Source: Verrucomicrobiota bacterium (GTDB taxonomy: Bacteria; Verrucomicrobiota; Verrucomicrobiia; Verrucomicrobiales; Verrucomicrobiaceae). From it: 64,000 nt of DNA. Of this stretch, positions 54,325 to 64,000 are shown piece after piece (positions within the stretch are counted from its first letter, which is position 1; each line of letters starts with the position of its first letter). A program made the position numbers and the translations under genes. The notes below the pieces were generated by a model. The model did no database searches. It worked only from the letters and a program-made list of their open reading frames with translations, and had not been told where the DNA came from. The DNA lies in contig JAPLUL010000057.1 in the NCBI GenBank assembly GCA_026397635.1, positions 7,665-71,664 on the forward strand. The letters run 5' to 3'.

Positions 54325-54768
54325 ATGAACCGACTGACCGCCCTTTGCTTGCTTCTCCTGACCACTTTAGGCTGCTCAGTGCTTCCGCGTGATGAATTCA
54401 GCCGCCGCCAAGTTTACGAACACCGACTGAGTCGCCTCGAGTTCCCCGTGACCCGCGCCCGTCTCTACAAAACGCTGCGCCCCGCCGCTCCGGCGCGTCC
54501 CACGGGCGATGTCGGTGCGGGTTTGTTCTCCAGCAGCGAGGTTTACCGGCTCGATGATGTTTTCGTTGTCGAACTGTCCGTGGTTTACAAAGCCGTGGCG
54601 AACACAAGCGACTACCTCAATCCCTCCGGCTCCATCGGCGGCCAGGTCCGCGCCATTCTGGACGCCACGCAGAGCATCGACAACTTCATGACACGCGGCA
54701 CGCCCGAGAATCCGGCGGACATTGTGCAGAAGGCACGCATCGTGCAACGCCCGGTGCACCGTTATTGA
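54325..54768 (+). CDS. Hypothetical lipoprotein
   Basis: MNRLTALCLLLLTTLGC lipobox. Confidence 0.75.
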   Translation: MNRLTALCLLLLTTLGCSVLPRDEFSRRQVYEHRLSRLEFPVTRARLYKTLRPAAPARPTGDVGAGLFSSSEVYRLDDVFVVELSVVYKAVANTSDYLNPSGSIGGQVRAILDATQSIDNFMTRGTPENPADIVQKARIVQRPVHRY

Positions 54769-56925
54769 TCACCCGTGCTTCTTGATGACCTGGATGAAGT
54801 CCGGCAGGTATTCCTTGGCCTTCTTCTCGCCCACACCGCGAATTTTGAGGCCAGCGTCGAGCGTCTTGGGTTTCAGACGGGTCATGAACTCCAGGGTTTG
54901 ATTGCTGAAGATCATGAAGGCCGGCACGCCTTCAGATTCCGCCAGCGTGGCGCGGTGGCGCTTCAGTTTTTCAAATAAGGCGTCGTCGAACCCGAGCTCG
55001 CGGGCCGCCAGCTCTTCATTCTGCGCGGTTTTGCCCTTCGCGGGCTTGGCAGACGGCGCATGCAGCGAAGGCCAGCGCAGTTTGATGCCCTGGCCGCCCT
55101 TCATCGCCTGGATGCCGCGTGAAGTCAGCGAAACGATGGGATACTCGCCGCTGCTGGTCTCAATGAGGCCGAGTTTTTCCAGTTCGGCGAACAGCGGGTG
55201 CAGCGCGTGCGTGCCGATGTGCTTGAGCAGGCCGTAGGTGCTGAGTTGATCGAGTCCGGCATCGACGATCTCCTTCGACTTGCTGCCGATAAGCATCTGA
55301 ATGATGCGCCCTTTGCCGTAGCGGCCTTCCCACGAGCCATCCGCATGCTTGGTGGACATGCGGGCGATCCCGCTGAGCGCCTGACGCAGCATGGTGACTT
55401 CCTCCACCGTGCCTTCACGCGGCGGCTGCACGCCTTCGGCCCGGCACACGTCACAGGTGCCACAGGGCGTGCTCTCGGATTCGCCGAAGTAGCGCAAAAT
55501 CTGCTCCTGGCGGCAGGCTTTGTCGTCGTAGCACAGCTCGATCATCGACTTGAGCTTCGAGCGGTCGCGGCGGTCTTTTTCGCGCAAGGCGTCCGTGTCG
55601 AACTGAAGATCACGCGTCAGCACCTTCGGCTGCAAGAGTCGGGTGCCGCGAACGCGCTTCCCGGGGATGTCAAAACGCTCGATGTAGCCGTTGCGGGTGA
55701 GATGGCTGAGCGCCGAGCCGATGGCCATGCTGTTTTTGGCTCCAGCGCGGTCCGTGATGTCGTCAATCGACGCCTGCAACTCGTGATTCGAGTCTGACGC
55801 GTTCAACAGGGCCTGGTACACGTTCCGAATGATCTCCACGCTTGGGTTGTTGCCGTCGATGAAGAATTCCTGGGTCTTCGTATCGGCAAAATTGAAGAAC
55901 AGATCGCACTGCGAGGGCTCGCCATCGCGTCCGGCGCGGCCTGCTTCCTGGTAATAGGCTTCCACGCTGCCGGGAACGTCGAAATGGACGACAAAGCGGA
56001 CATCCGAGCGGTCGATGCCCATCCCGAAGGCGTTCGTGGCCACGGCGACATCGGCTTTCTTTGAGATGAACTTCGTCTGGCGTGATTCGCGTTCTTTATC
56101 ATCGAGACCGCCGTGGTATTCGATGGCCTTGAGCTTCCAGGAGCGCAGTTCCTCACCGACTTCCTCGACACGCTTGCGGGTGGAGCAATAGACGATGCCC
56201 GTCTTGAACTGCGTGATGATGTGTTTGAGCCGCTGGTATTTGTCGCCGTTGTTTTTCGTCTGCGTGATGTTCAGGCTCAGATTCGGACGTTCAAAGCCGC
56301 GAATCGTCACGAAGGGATCACGTAGTTGCAGCGTGCGCAAAATATCCTCTCGCACCTCTGGCGTGGCGGTGGCGGTGAGGGCGACGACTTGCGGACGGTC
56401 CAGATGCTCCAAAGCCTCGCCAAGGCGCATGTAATCCGGTCTGAAATCGTGACCCCACTGAGACAGGCAATGCGCCTCATCGACGGCAAACAGCGCGATC
56501 TGCACCTGCCGCAGTGCGTTGGTGAACAGGTGGCTGCGAAAGCGCTCTGGCGCGACATAGACGAGCTTGTACTCGCCCCGCCGCAACGCGTTGATGCGCT
56601 CCTGCTGCTCGCCGAGAGAGATGGAGCTGTTGATTACTGTGGCGGGAATGCCGCGCCGCTCCAGTGCATCGACCTGGTCCTTCATTAGCGCGATGAGCGG
56701 ACTCACCACGATGGTCACGCCATCCATCACCATCGCCGGAAGCTGGTAGCAGAGGGATTTGCCGCCGCCGGTCGGCATGATGACCATCGTGTCGCGTCCG
56801 CTCAGGATGTTCGCCATGACGGTTTCCTGCCCGTCGAGAAACTCGCGGAAGCCGAAATACTTCTGCAACGCCAGCTTGGCGTCGTGAATCGGTGTGTGTG
56901 TGGCGATGGGTTCTTCTTCGGGCAC
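54769..56925 (-). CDS. recQ: ATP-dependent DNA helicase RecQ
   Basis: [40 protein letters not shown], Cys-rich Zn region, RQC and HRDC domains. Confidence 0.96.
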   Translation of the reverse strand: MPEEEPIATHTPIHDAKLALQKYFGFREFLDGQETVMANILSGRDTMVIMPTGGGKSLCYQLPAMVMDGVTIVVSPLIALMKDQVDALERRGIPATVINSSISLGEQQERINALRRGEYKLVYVAPERFRSHLFTNALRQVQIALFAVDEAHCLSQWGHDFRPDYMRLGEALEHLDRPQVVALTATATPEVREDILRTLQLRDPFVTIRGFERPNLSLNITQTKNNGDKYQRLKHIITQFKTGIVYCSTRKRVEEVGEELRSWKLKAIEYHGGLDDKERESRQTKFISKKADVAVATNAFGMGIDRSDVRFVVHFDVPGSVEAYYQEAGRAGRDGEPSQCDLFFNFADTKTQEFFIDGNNPSVEIIRNVYQALLNASDSNHELQASIDDITDRAGAKNSMAIGSALSHLTRNGYIERFDIPGKRVRGTRLLQPKVLTRDLQFDTDALREKDRRDRSKLKSMIELCYDDKACRQEQILRYFGESESTPCGTCDVCRAEGVQPPREGTVEEVTMLRQALSGIARMSTKHADGSWEGRYGKGRIIQMLIGSKSKEIVDAGLDQLSTYGLLKHIGTHALHPLFAELEKLGLIETSSGEYPIVSLTSRGIQAMKGGQGIKLRWPSLHAPSAKPAKGKTAQNEELAARELGFDDALFEKLKRHRATLAESEGVPAFMIFSNQTLEFMTRLKPKTLDAGLKIRGVGEKKAKEYLPDFIQVIKKHG

Positions 56926-56969
56926 GGGCCTTGCATCATGGATGCGGCGCGGGAATCCTCAACCTCCGC

Positions 56970-58049
56970 TCACTTTTCATCTTTGCCGCCGGGCTTGATT
57001 ACGGCTGGCTGGTCAAAGCCGAGCCTCTCACCGGCAAAGCGCAGGCATTTCACGATGTTTTCCTCCTCAAACACCAGCGCCGCCTCGGTGCTGAGGCCAG
57101 CGACCTTGGGCAGCTTCGCCGCTTGGCGCTCGCGCACGAGATTGAGCGTGCGGACGAGCTCGGTGCCGGGTTTGTCCGGGAAAGTGGCCCAGTAGCCGGG
57201 TTTGAGGCAGGGAATGTCCAGCGGGTCACGCGTGATCATCTCCAGGTGGTAGTCCATCTGCGGGTTGTGCTTCTCAAACAGCGCGAACATGCGCGGCAGA
57301 TCGAGAATACCCTCTCCCAGCGGCACTTCGGAGAGCAGGAAGCCCTGCGGCATCTCCTGCACGGCCATGTCCTTGATGTGGGTGGTCACGGCGAAGGGGG
57401 CGAGTGTCTCGACGACCTGCATCGGGTCTTCGAGCAGCGCGATGCTGTTGCCGGTATCGACACACGCCCCGATGTGTGGGCTGCTGAGGCGCCCGAGCAC
57501 CTCCGCCAGCTCGGCGGCATGAAAATCTTTGTGATTTTCGATGCCAATCTTCACGCGCAGCCGTTTTGCGACGGGTTCGGCGAGTTGCATGGACTTGATC
57601 GCGCTGTCTTTGAAGTGCTTGAACTCCGCCAGGCTGGAAAACAGCTCGTAGCGTCGGCCACCCGTCGCGCTGCGGTAGATCGTGGCCCCGGCCTCCTTGC
57701 CGAGGCTTAGCTCGTTTTCAAAGCGGGCCACGTCATTCTCATTCTTCGGCAGTGTGATGCTGCCTTCGAGCTTCAAGCCATAGGACTCGCGCGTGTCACG
57801 AACTTGGCCCGCAAAGCCTGCCGTCCAGCCGCCGACCATGGTCTGCAAAGCCCCCACGCCGAGTCCGCGCACATGATCCAGCACGTCTAGCGCGTGCATG
57901 AAGGGCGGGTTCGTGAGGCTGGAGTATTTCCCCTGCCAGCGCTTCCAGTAGGAGTGGATCACGATGCCCATCCGCTTCCCTTGCATCGCCGCAGGCAGTG
58001 GCATGGCGGCCAGGGCAGAGGCTGAGGTCAGAAGATTGCGGCGGGTCAT
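56970..58049 (-). CDS. Tat-exported xylose isomerase-like TIM barrel protein
   Basis: MTRRNLL Tat motif; IENHKD, DTGN and HIKD. Confidence 0.87.
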   Translation of the reverse strand: MTRRNLLTSASALAAMPLPAAMQGKRMGIVIHSYWKRWQGKYSSLTNPPFMHALDVLDHVRGLGVGALQTMVGGWTAGFAGQVRDTRESYGLKLEGSITLPKNENDVARFENELSLGKEAGATIYRSATGGRRYELFSSLAEFKHFKDSAIKSMQLAEPVAKRLRVKIGIENHKDFHAAELAEVLGRLSSPHIGACVDTGNSIALLEDPMQVVETLAPFAVTTHIKDMAVQEMPQGFLLSEVPLGEGILDLPRMFALFEKHNPQMDYHLEMITRDPLDIPCLKPGYWATFPDKPGTELVRTLNLVRERQAAKLPKVAGLSTEAALVFEEENIVKCLRFAGERLGFDQPAVIKPGGKDEK

Positions 58050-58093
58050 GATGAGGCAAGAAACGCGTGCGTGCGTGTCATCATTCAATCTCC

Positions 58094-60238
58094 TCACTCC
58101 TGTTCCTGCTTTGCCAGCGTGTGGGCAAAGGGGCTGGTGGAGGCGAGATTGTACTGACGGATAGCGACGGACCAGAAAGCCGCCAGTTCGTGGTCGGCGG
58201 CGCTCCACAGGCGGTAATGCAGGTTGGTGACGGTGTCCGTGTCATGCATCAGCGCCTTCAATTCTTGCGCACTGAGCGTCTGCGGCCCCTGGGTGATGAG
58301 GCGGTGGCCGATTTCATCCAGATAACTGCGAGAGACGTCGATGGTGCGGCGGCGGCGCAGCAGGCTGACGTGGAGGCCGTTGACATACGGGTCGAGGCAG
58401 ACCTGCATGAGGCCGTAGTGGCGCTCCAACTCAGGTGGGAGCTGGATGCGGTCTTTAATTTCCTCCAGGTTCTGCTGCATGGTCTTCAGCACGGTGGGAG
58501 GATCGTACTCCTCCGGCGTGAGGAAGACGCCGAGACGTTTGCCGCTGCGCGCACCCGAGACGAGGGCGGCGACGAGGATCGAAACGACCAGCGAGAACAA
58601 AATCGGGCTGATCCAGACGAGAAACTCCCAGGAGACAAACCAACCGAGCACCGCCCAAGCCACCCCCAGCAGTGTGACGCTGGCGAAGGTAATGATGATC
58701 TCGCTCCAATTGATCCCACCGTCGATTTTCCGGCGCTGCGTGACCCAACTGACGCTTTTCCCGATGAGCGTGTAGATGACAAATCGCGAGTGGAAGATCA
58801 TGAGCACGGGGGCCATGAGCGTGAACACCACGGTGTCGAGCAAACTGCTGACAAAGGTGAGCAGCCGCAGCTTCAGCGGCTTGAACAGACGGCCCGTGAT
58901 GACCTCGTCGAGCAGGATGACGGTCTTCGGCAGGAAGATGAGCATGGCGGTGAGGCCAAGGAGAATCTGCTCGGCCAAGATGGCCTGCGGCTGCTGATGC
59001 GCCGTGGGCGTGGCGGCGAGATACGTCGCCAGCACGAGGAAGAAGAACCACAGCAGCGAGCTGACATAGCTGAGGATGCCGTGGAGGAAATTCACGCGGC
59101 TCATCGGGTGCCAGCCCTTCGCAAACACGAGCCAAAGATGCTGGATGTTGCCCTGGCACCAGCGGCGGTCGCGTTTGAGCATATCGACCAGTGTGGGCGG
59201 CCCTTCCTCGTAGCTGCCACGCGTGGTGGGCAGCAACCGCACAGCGTAACCGGCCTTCCGCATCAAAGCGGCCTCCACGAAGTCGTGGCTCAAGATGTGA
59301 CCGCCGAAAGGTGCGTTGGCAGGCAGCGGCGGTAGTGCGCAGTGCTCAATGAACGGCGCGAGGCGCAGGATGGCGTTGTGGCCCCAGAAATTGGCCTCGC
59401 CGCACTGCCAGTAGTCGAGTCCGGCCATGAAAGGCGGTCCGTAAAGCGCTTGCGCGAACTGCATCACGCGGCCCAGCAGCGTGTCCGCTGCGATCTGCTT
59501 CGGAAAGGTCTGCACGATGCCGATGCCGGGATTTTTCTCCATGATGCGCACCATGCTGGTGAGCAAGGAACCGGACATGAGGCTATCGGCATCCAGCACG
59601 ACCATGTAACGGTAGCGGCGGCCCCAGCGGCGGCAGAAGTCGCTGACGTTGCCGCTCTTGCGGTTGATCTGCTTGCGGCGCTTGCGGTAAAAGATTCTGC
59701 CAAAGGCGTTGAGCTGGCGGCAGAGCTCCAGCCAGGCGGTTTCCTCCTCGATCCACTGGCTGGCCTTGTCCGAGTCGCTGAGAATGAAAAAGTCGAAGTT
59801 TTTCGACTGCCCGGTGGCCTCCAAGGAGAGGTAAATCGAGCGCAGCCCCTCAAACACGCGTGTCACGTCTTCATTGAAGACCGGCATGACGATGGCGGTG
59901 CTGGCGGTGATCGGCTGCTCGTAATCTTCCGCGTTCAGCGTCAGCCAGAGATTGAGCGGATCAGGCTTCGGGCGGTTCATCAGCCACACGCCGAAAAGCG
60001 CGGTCCAGAAGCCGACATTGAGCTGGTAATAAAGCGGGATGAAAACCAGCAGCAGCGCCCACTCCGCGATGCGCATGCCGTTTTCTGAGAGGAAAATGAA
60101 CGAGAGCCAAGCACCGACGATGGTGCCTAGGCCGACGAGCGAGAAAAACGTGGCCCGCCGCGTGCGCGAGATGCGCTTCGGCGGCATGCCGGCGGTCATC
60201 GCGATGTTCGCAGTCTGGCTGCCGATGGGTGCGCTCAT
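58094..60238 (-). CDS. opgH: Glucans biosynthesis glucosyltransferase H
   Basis: MPVFNED, ILSDS, RKSGNVSDF, VLDADS, FWGHNAI, ILSHDFVEA and RDRRWCQGNIQH. Confidence 0.95.
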   Translation of the reverse strand: MSAPIGSQTANIAMTAGMPPKRISRTRRATFFSLVGLGTIVGAWLSFIFLSENGMRIAEWALLLVFIPLYYQLNVGFWTALFGVWLMNRPKPDPLNLWLTLNAEDYEQPITASTAIVMPVFNEDVTRVFEGLRSIYLSLEATGQSKNFDFFILSDSDKASQWIEEETAWLELCRQLNAFGRIFYRKRRKQINRKSGNVSDFCRRWGRRYRYMVVLDADSLMSGSLLTSMVRIMEKNPGIGIVQTFPKQIAADTLLGRVMQFAQALYGPPFMAGLDYWQCGEANFWGHNAILRLAPFIEHCALPPLPANAPFGGHILSHDFVEAALMRKAGYAVRLLPTTRGSYEEGPPTLVDMLKRDRRWCQGNIQHLWLVFAKGWHPMSRVNFLHGILSYVSSLLWFFFLVLATYLAATPTAHQQPQAILAEQILLGLTAMLIFLPKTVILLDEVITGRLFKPLKLRLLTFVSSLLDTVVFTLMAPVLMIFHSRFVIYTLIGKSVSWVTQRRKIDGGINWSEIIITFASVTLLGVAWAVLGWFVSWEFLVWISPILFSLVVSILVAALVSGARSGKRLGVFLTPEEYDPPTVLKTMQQNLEEIKDRIQLPPELERHYGLMQVCLDPYVNGLHVSLLRRRRTIDVSRSYLDEIGHRLITQGPQTLSAQELKALMHDTDTVTNLHYRLWSAADHELAAFWSVAIRQYNLASTSPFAHTLAKQEQE

Positions 60239-60813
60239 GCGAAGAGGGAGTAAAGGTAGCCCAGCACGCTGAACACGATCACAAACAGCACTGAGTAGCG
60301 CAGGATGGGATGGCGGCCGAGGCGGTCGAAGGTGTCCTCCGCCACATCGGGGATGAGGCCGAGGTCAATGTCACGCGGCGTCATTTTACTCACCTGCATG
60401 CCCGGGCCGGAGGTGCGCAGGGCAGAGCGCATGGCTTCGGCCATGTCATTCGGCATGTTTTTCTCATCCAGAAAGAACTGCGGCCAGCGGGCAGGGCCGC
60501 CCGCGAGGTGGAAGCCCAGCCGCCCCGTGGCCTCTAGCTGCGCCTCGCTCAAGTTGAGGTCGCTGTAGATCGTCCCCAGCCACTCCCTCAGCATCAGCCG
60601 CGCTTGCTCGATGGCATGCGCCGTGGGCGTGCGTGTGGGGTCTTTCGCATGCGCCTCGGCGGCCTTGCGCAGCGTTTCCAGGATGAGCTGCGTGCGGCGG
60701 ATGCGGTTGTGCAGCTGGTAAGAGCGAAAATAGTCGGCGAGGCGCGCATACGCCTCGTTCCATGCTTCCTCAGTGCCCGTCGCCGGCGCGAATTGGATAT
60801 TGACTGCTTCCAT
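60235..60813 (-). CDS. Hypothetical protein with a C-terminal TM, translationally coupled to opgH
   Basis: The stop overlaps the opgH start; C-terminal hydrophobic helix. Confidence 0.75.
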   Translation of the reverse strand: MEAVNIQFAPATGTEEAWNEAYARLADYFRSYQLHNRIRRTQLILETLRKAAEAHAKDPTRTPTAHAIEQARLMLREWLGTIYSDLNLSEAQLEATGRLGFHLAGGPARWPQFFLDEKNMPNDMAEAMRSALRTSGPGMQVSKMTPRDIDLGLIPDVAEDTFDRLGRHPILRYSVLFVIVFSVLGYLYSLFA

Positions 60814-60905
60814 GATGGCTCAAATCACGAGCCGCTCCGAGGATGCGCAGATTTGACGCCATGAAAAGAGATTCCTGTGGCGCTGCGGGGGTGTAGAATT
60901 AATCC

Positions 60906-61598
60906 ATGAACGACTTAACTCAGCCCAGCAGAGGGATTGGCTTGCGCTGGTTGTTTGGGCTGATGCTTTGGGGCAGCGTCTCCGCCAAGGAGGTCTGCAT
61001 TCCCTGCACTACCTGGTATGAAGGGCACTTCAGCTCCAGCGAGACCGCTTTGGTGGGCGAGTTGGTCCAAGTGGACTCGCAGGTGGAGCAGTCGCCCTCC
61101 CAGGTGCTGCCGAAAGAGTCCTGCGTGATCCGCATTGACGCGATCATCGGCTTCAGCCCGGAACTCCAAGGTGCCACGACGGCGAAGCTGGTGGCGAATC
61201 ACCTTCACGACACCTACCAGCAGCTTGAGCCGGACTGGGGTGTGTATCGCCATCTTCAGCCGGGGCAGAAGGTGCTGGCGCTGATTCATCGCTACGAGAA
61301 GGATGTGGCCGTCGGCAGCGCCGCGCTGCTGGTGTTGACCGAATCCACGCAAGCGCTGCCGGAGAGTCTCCGGCGCACGCAGTTTGACCCCGCCAAGTTT
61401 ACCGAGGCCGATCTCGCCTTGTGGAAAGCGGCCTGGCCGCGCCTGCACCAAGATTTGGCGGGACATGTGGCCTATGCACGGGAACAACAAGCTCTCGGAG
61501 ACGTGACGTCGTCTGAATGGGCGGCGCTGGCAGGTGGGGGCCTCGCTTTGGGGCTGGTGATCGTTTGGATCGTCAGAAAAGCGTGGCGAACCGCTTGA
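60906..61598 (+). CDS. Hypothetical exported protein with a C-terminal membrane anchor
   Basis: Signal peptide; C-terminal AALAGGGLALGLVIVWIVRKAWR. Confidence 0.6.
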   Translation: MNDLTQPSRGIGLRWLFGLMLWGSVSAKEVCIPCTTWYEGHFSSSETALVGELVQVDSQVEQSPSQVLPKESCVIRIDAIIGFSPELQGATTAKLVANHLHDTYQQLEPDWGVYRHLQPGQKVLALIHRYEKDVAVGSAALLVLTESTQALPESLRRTQFDPAKFTEADLALWKAAWPRLHQDLAGHVAYAREQQALGDVTSSEWAALAGGGLALGLVIVWIVRKAWRTA

Positions 61599-62936
61599 TC
61601 ACGCGATCAGCTCGTTGATCAGCCTGCCGCCGTTGACGATGTCCACGGGACGGACATTTTCGACGACGATGCGCTTGGAGGCGTTGATGCCGAGCAGGCG
61701 ATACATCGTGCGGGCGAGGTCTTCAGGGCCGACGGGGTCCTCATCCGGCTCACCACCGAGGGCGTCGGACTTGCCATAGACAAACCCTTTTTTCACCCCG
61801 CCGCCAGCCATGGCCACGGAGAAGACGCGCGGGTAGTGGTCGCGGCCATTGGTGGAGTTGATCTTCGGCGTGCGGCCAAATTCACTGCTGACGAGCACGA
61901 GTGTGGTGTCCAGCATGCCGCGCTCATCGAGATCACGAATGAGGCGGGCAAAGGCCATGTCAAACTGCACGGCCTGACCTTCAAATCCGCTCTTGATGTT
62001 CGAGTGATGGTCCCAACTGCCGAAATTCACCGAAACCATGCGGGTGCCAGCCTCGACGAGACGGCGGGCCAGCAGGAAACGCTGGCCGGCGGCGTTGCGG
62101 CCGTATTCATCGCGCAGCTTGGCCGGTTCGGCGGCCAAGTTGAAGGCTTCACGCGCCTGCTGGGAGCTGATCAGTTTGTAGGCGGCGTTGTAGAAGTTGT
62201 CCATGGCGCTGAGGCCGTCGGATTTCTCCGTGCTGCGGAAATGCTCGTCCACCGCACCGAGCAGGCTGCGACGGCGCTCGAAGCGCCTCGCGTCGATGTC
62301 CTTCGGCGTGGCGAGATCGCGCACGGTGAAGCCAGGATCGGCAGGATCACTGCCGAGCGCAAAGGGGCCAAACGCGCTGCTCATGTAGCCGCTGCCTTGA
62401 TCCGGGGCGATGACGCCCGGAATGGCGACGTAAGGCGGCAGATTGTTCCGCGATCCCTGCTCGTGCGAGATGATGGAGCCGAAGCTGGGGAACTTGATCG
62501 CCGGGCTCGGGCGATAACCGGTGAACATGTTGTGCGTGCCGCGTTCATGCGCGGCCTCGCCGTGCGTCACCGAGCGGATGATGCTGATCTTGTCGAGGAT
62601 CTTGGCAGTGTTGGCGAACTTCTCGCCCACATACTCGCCCGTCACGCCTTTGATCGGGCTGAACGGGCCGCGATAGTCCGGCGAGGCAAAAGGCTTCGGA
62701 TCCCACGACTCATGCTGGGCCATCCCGCCGGGCAGGTAGATGTGGATGATTGATGTGGCGATGGGCTTGTAGCTCTCCACCGCCGGCATGGCCAGATCTG
62801 CGGCCTGAAGCTTCAGCAACTGCGGCAGCGTGATGCCCAGGCCCGCCATCGCGCCCACCTGCAGGAAATCACGACGGCCCTGGGCAGTGGTGAAGAGGTT
62901 GCTGTGATTGCCGGAGCACAAGGGATGCATTTTCAT
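61599..62936 (-). CDS. DUF1501 family Tat-exported protein
   Basis: GRRDFL; LPGGMAQHESWDPKP, ARRLVEAG, WDHH and EFGRTP...GRDH. Confidence 0.93.
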   Translation of the reverse strand: MKMHPLCSGNHSNLFTTAQGRRDFLQVGAMAGLGITLPQLLKLQAADLAMPAVESYKPIATSIIHIYLPGGMAQHESWDPKPFASPDYRGPFSPIKGVTGEYVGEKFANTAKILDKISIIRSVTHGEAAHERGTHNMFTGYRPSPAIKFPSFGSIISHEQGSRNNLPPYVAIPGVIAPDQGSGYMSSAFGPFALGSDPADPGFTVRDLATPKDIDARRFERRRSLLGAVDEHFRSTEKSDGLSAMDNFYNAAYKLISSQQAREAFNLAAEPAKLRDEYGRNAAGQRFLLARRLVEAGTRMVSVNFGSWDHHSNIKSGFEGQAVQFDMAFARLIRDLDERGMLDTTLVLVSSEFGRTPKINSTNGRDHYPRVFSVAMAGGGVKKGFVYGKSDALGGEPDEDPVGPEDLARTMYRLLGINASKRIVVENVRPVDIVNGGRLINELIA

Positions 62937-63120
62937 GGTCGTGTCAGTGGGTTCAGACCCGAACTTACCCTGCAATGACACGACTTGTTGCGTCCGTAGG
63001 CCACTCTGACAATCCAGGTGCAATGATGCGCAAAAAGTGAGTGCCGCTTAGTGCCTCAAGCGCCCGCTGGTCCAGCCGCTTCACGCTCTGGCGGCGGCCC
63101 GCCACAGTTTCAGGCAGGTT

Positions 63121-63999
63121 TTAGTCCTTCAGCCCAGACTCCCCATCCCGCCACTCCTCGAACCTCTTCGCCAGAGTCTCGGCGGTGACGGATTCGGTGA
63201 TGCCGTCGATGAGCGTCTTGGTTTTGCCGAAGGTCGTCTCGGCGCGCACGCGGTAGTAGAACTGGTTGCCGGACTGCATGTTCGAGTCGTGCGTGAAGCC
63301 GACGATGTGGCGCGGCGCATAATTCTCACGCCATGAGTAGAACGGGCCGATGCTGTTCACGATGCGCAGTTCGTCTGCGCTGATCTCCACGCGGCGATGG
63401 TGCAGCAGCGTCCACAGGCCGATGCCAAGAATGAGCGGCGAGGTGATGCCCCAGACGATGCGGAAGATCCACGGCGCGCCCTGGGACATCAAAACAAAGA
63501 AAACGAGGCACCAGAGGGAGCCAAAAATGAGCAGGAAGAGGCCCAGGAAACGGAACCGTCCCGGCGGGCACACGAACAGCGTGGGAAGGCCGTCTGCATC
63601 GAACTCCACCTGCATGCGGGCATTTTTTAGCCGCTCCACCAACTGTTCCGTGCTCGGCGCGATGGCCTCGACCTCGTAGCTCGTGTCGGATTCGGCGAGT
63701 TTCGCCTGCTCTCTGGTGACAAATACCGGCAACGGCAGCACGGCGGCCTTGCCACCATTGGCGGGACTGACTTCCAGGCACCATTCATGCAGCTCTCCGC
63801 TCCCGGTGATGAACGCGGCGTCCTCCACCACGGCGCACGGCAGCCCCGCTGGAATCTCAACGCGCAACGGCAGCGCCGTCCCGGTCATCTCCCGCCGCGC
63901 CTCACTGGCGGAGAGTGTCTGCATGTGCTCCCAGAGATTCTCCGTCGAAGTGGAGGTGCCTTTGCCGCTGCGCCGCGTGATTTTGCGCTGGCAGAGCAG
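63121..63999 (-). CDS. Hypothetical membrane protein (3' part; 5' end lies outside the window)
   Basis: The frame is open to the window edge; two TM helices near the C-terminus. Confidence 0.75.
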   Translation of the reverse strand: MLCQRKITRRSGKGTSTSTENLWEHMQTLSASEARREMTGTALPLRVEIPAGLPCAVVEDAAFITGSGELHEWCLEVSPANGGKAAVLPLPVFVTREQAKLAESDTSYEVEAIAPSTEQLVERLKNARMQVEFDADGLPTLFVCPPGRFRFLGLFLLIFGSLWCLVFFVLMSQGAPWIFRIVWGITSPLILGIGLWTLLHHRRVEISADELRIVNSIGPFYSWRENYAPRHIVGFTHDSNMQSGNQFYYRVRAETTFGKTKTLIDGITESVTAETLAKRFEEWRDGESGLKD

Positions 64000-64000
64000 C

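Noticed and set aside
58067-59335. 422-aa plus-strand ORF
   Set aside because: Antisense shadow of opgH.
1-64000. rRNA, tRNA, tmRNA, transposase or integrase
   Set aside because: No recognisable signatures were found by eye; a tRNAscan/Infernal run would be needed to exclude them formally.

Overview
A chromosomal window from a GC-rich Verrucomicrobiota bacterium (Prosthecobacter-like). The lineage is inferred from a PEP-CTERM protein, DUF1501/DUF1549-1553/DUF1592 genes and pyrimidine-rich leaders lacking Shine-Dalgarno motifs. It holds about 50 genes: housekeeping (folC, pgsA, rseP, recQ), transport (actP, mlaEFD, an SLC13 permease, an OFA-type MFS, two lolC/E-like permeases, exbBD), envelope and glycan genes (two GT4s, opgH, an L,D-transpeptidase), two pilT-family ATPases, a vapBC module and PVC-specific cytochrome-c/DUF proteins. 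I found no rRNA, tRNA, CRISPR array or transposase. Most interesting: (1) a pelA homologue in which the deacetylase metal ligands and apparently the hydrolase acids are all substituted, followed by a TPR-like gene and a lipoprotein but no pelDEFG; (2) at least five sequence families of short-period (7 and 10-11 nt) tandem/inverted-repeat elements, found between genes and in frame inside a protein; (3) a 1370-aa surface protein with an embedded cyclophilin domain; (4) a kinase-TM-LRR receptor next to a glycosyltransferase carrying a MinD-like membrane-targeting helix; (5) small secreted YHS/TRASH-like Cys proteins and a 37-aa MFS partner peptide missing from the ORF track. Two -1 frameshifts at C-runs may be assembly errors. 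Family assignments come from motif recognition by eye; no searches were run.
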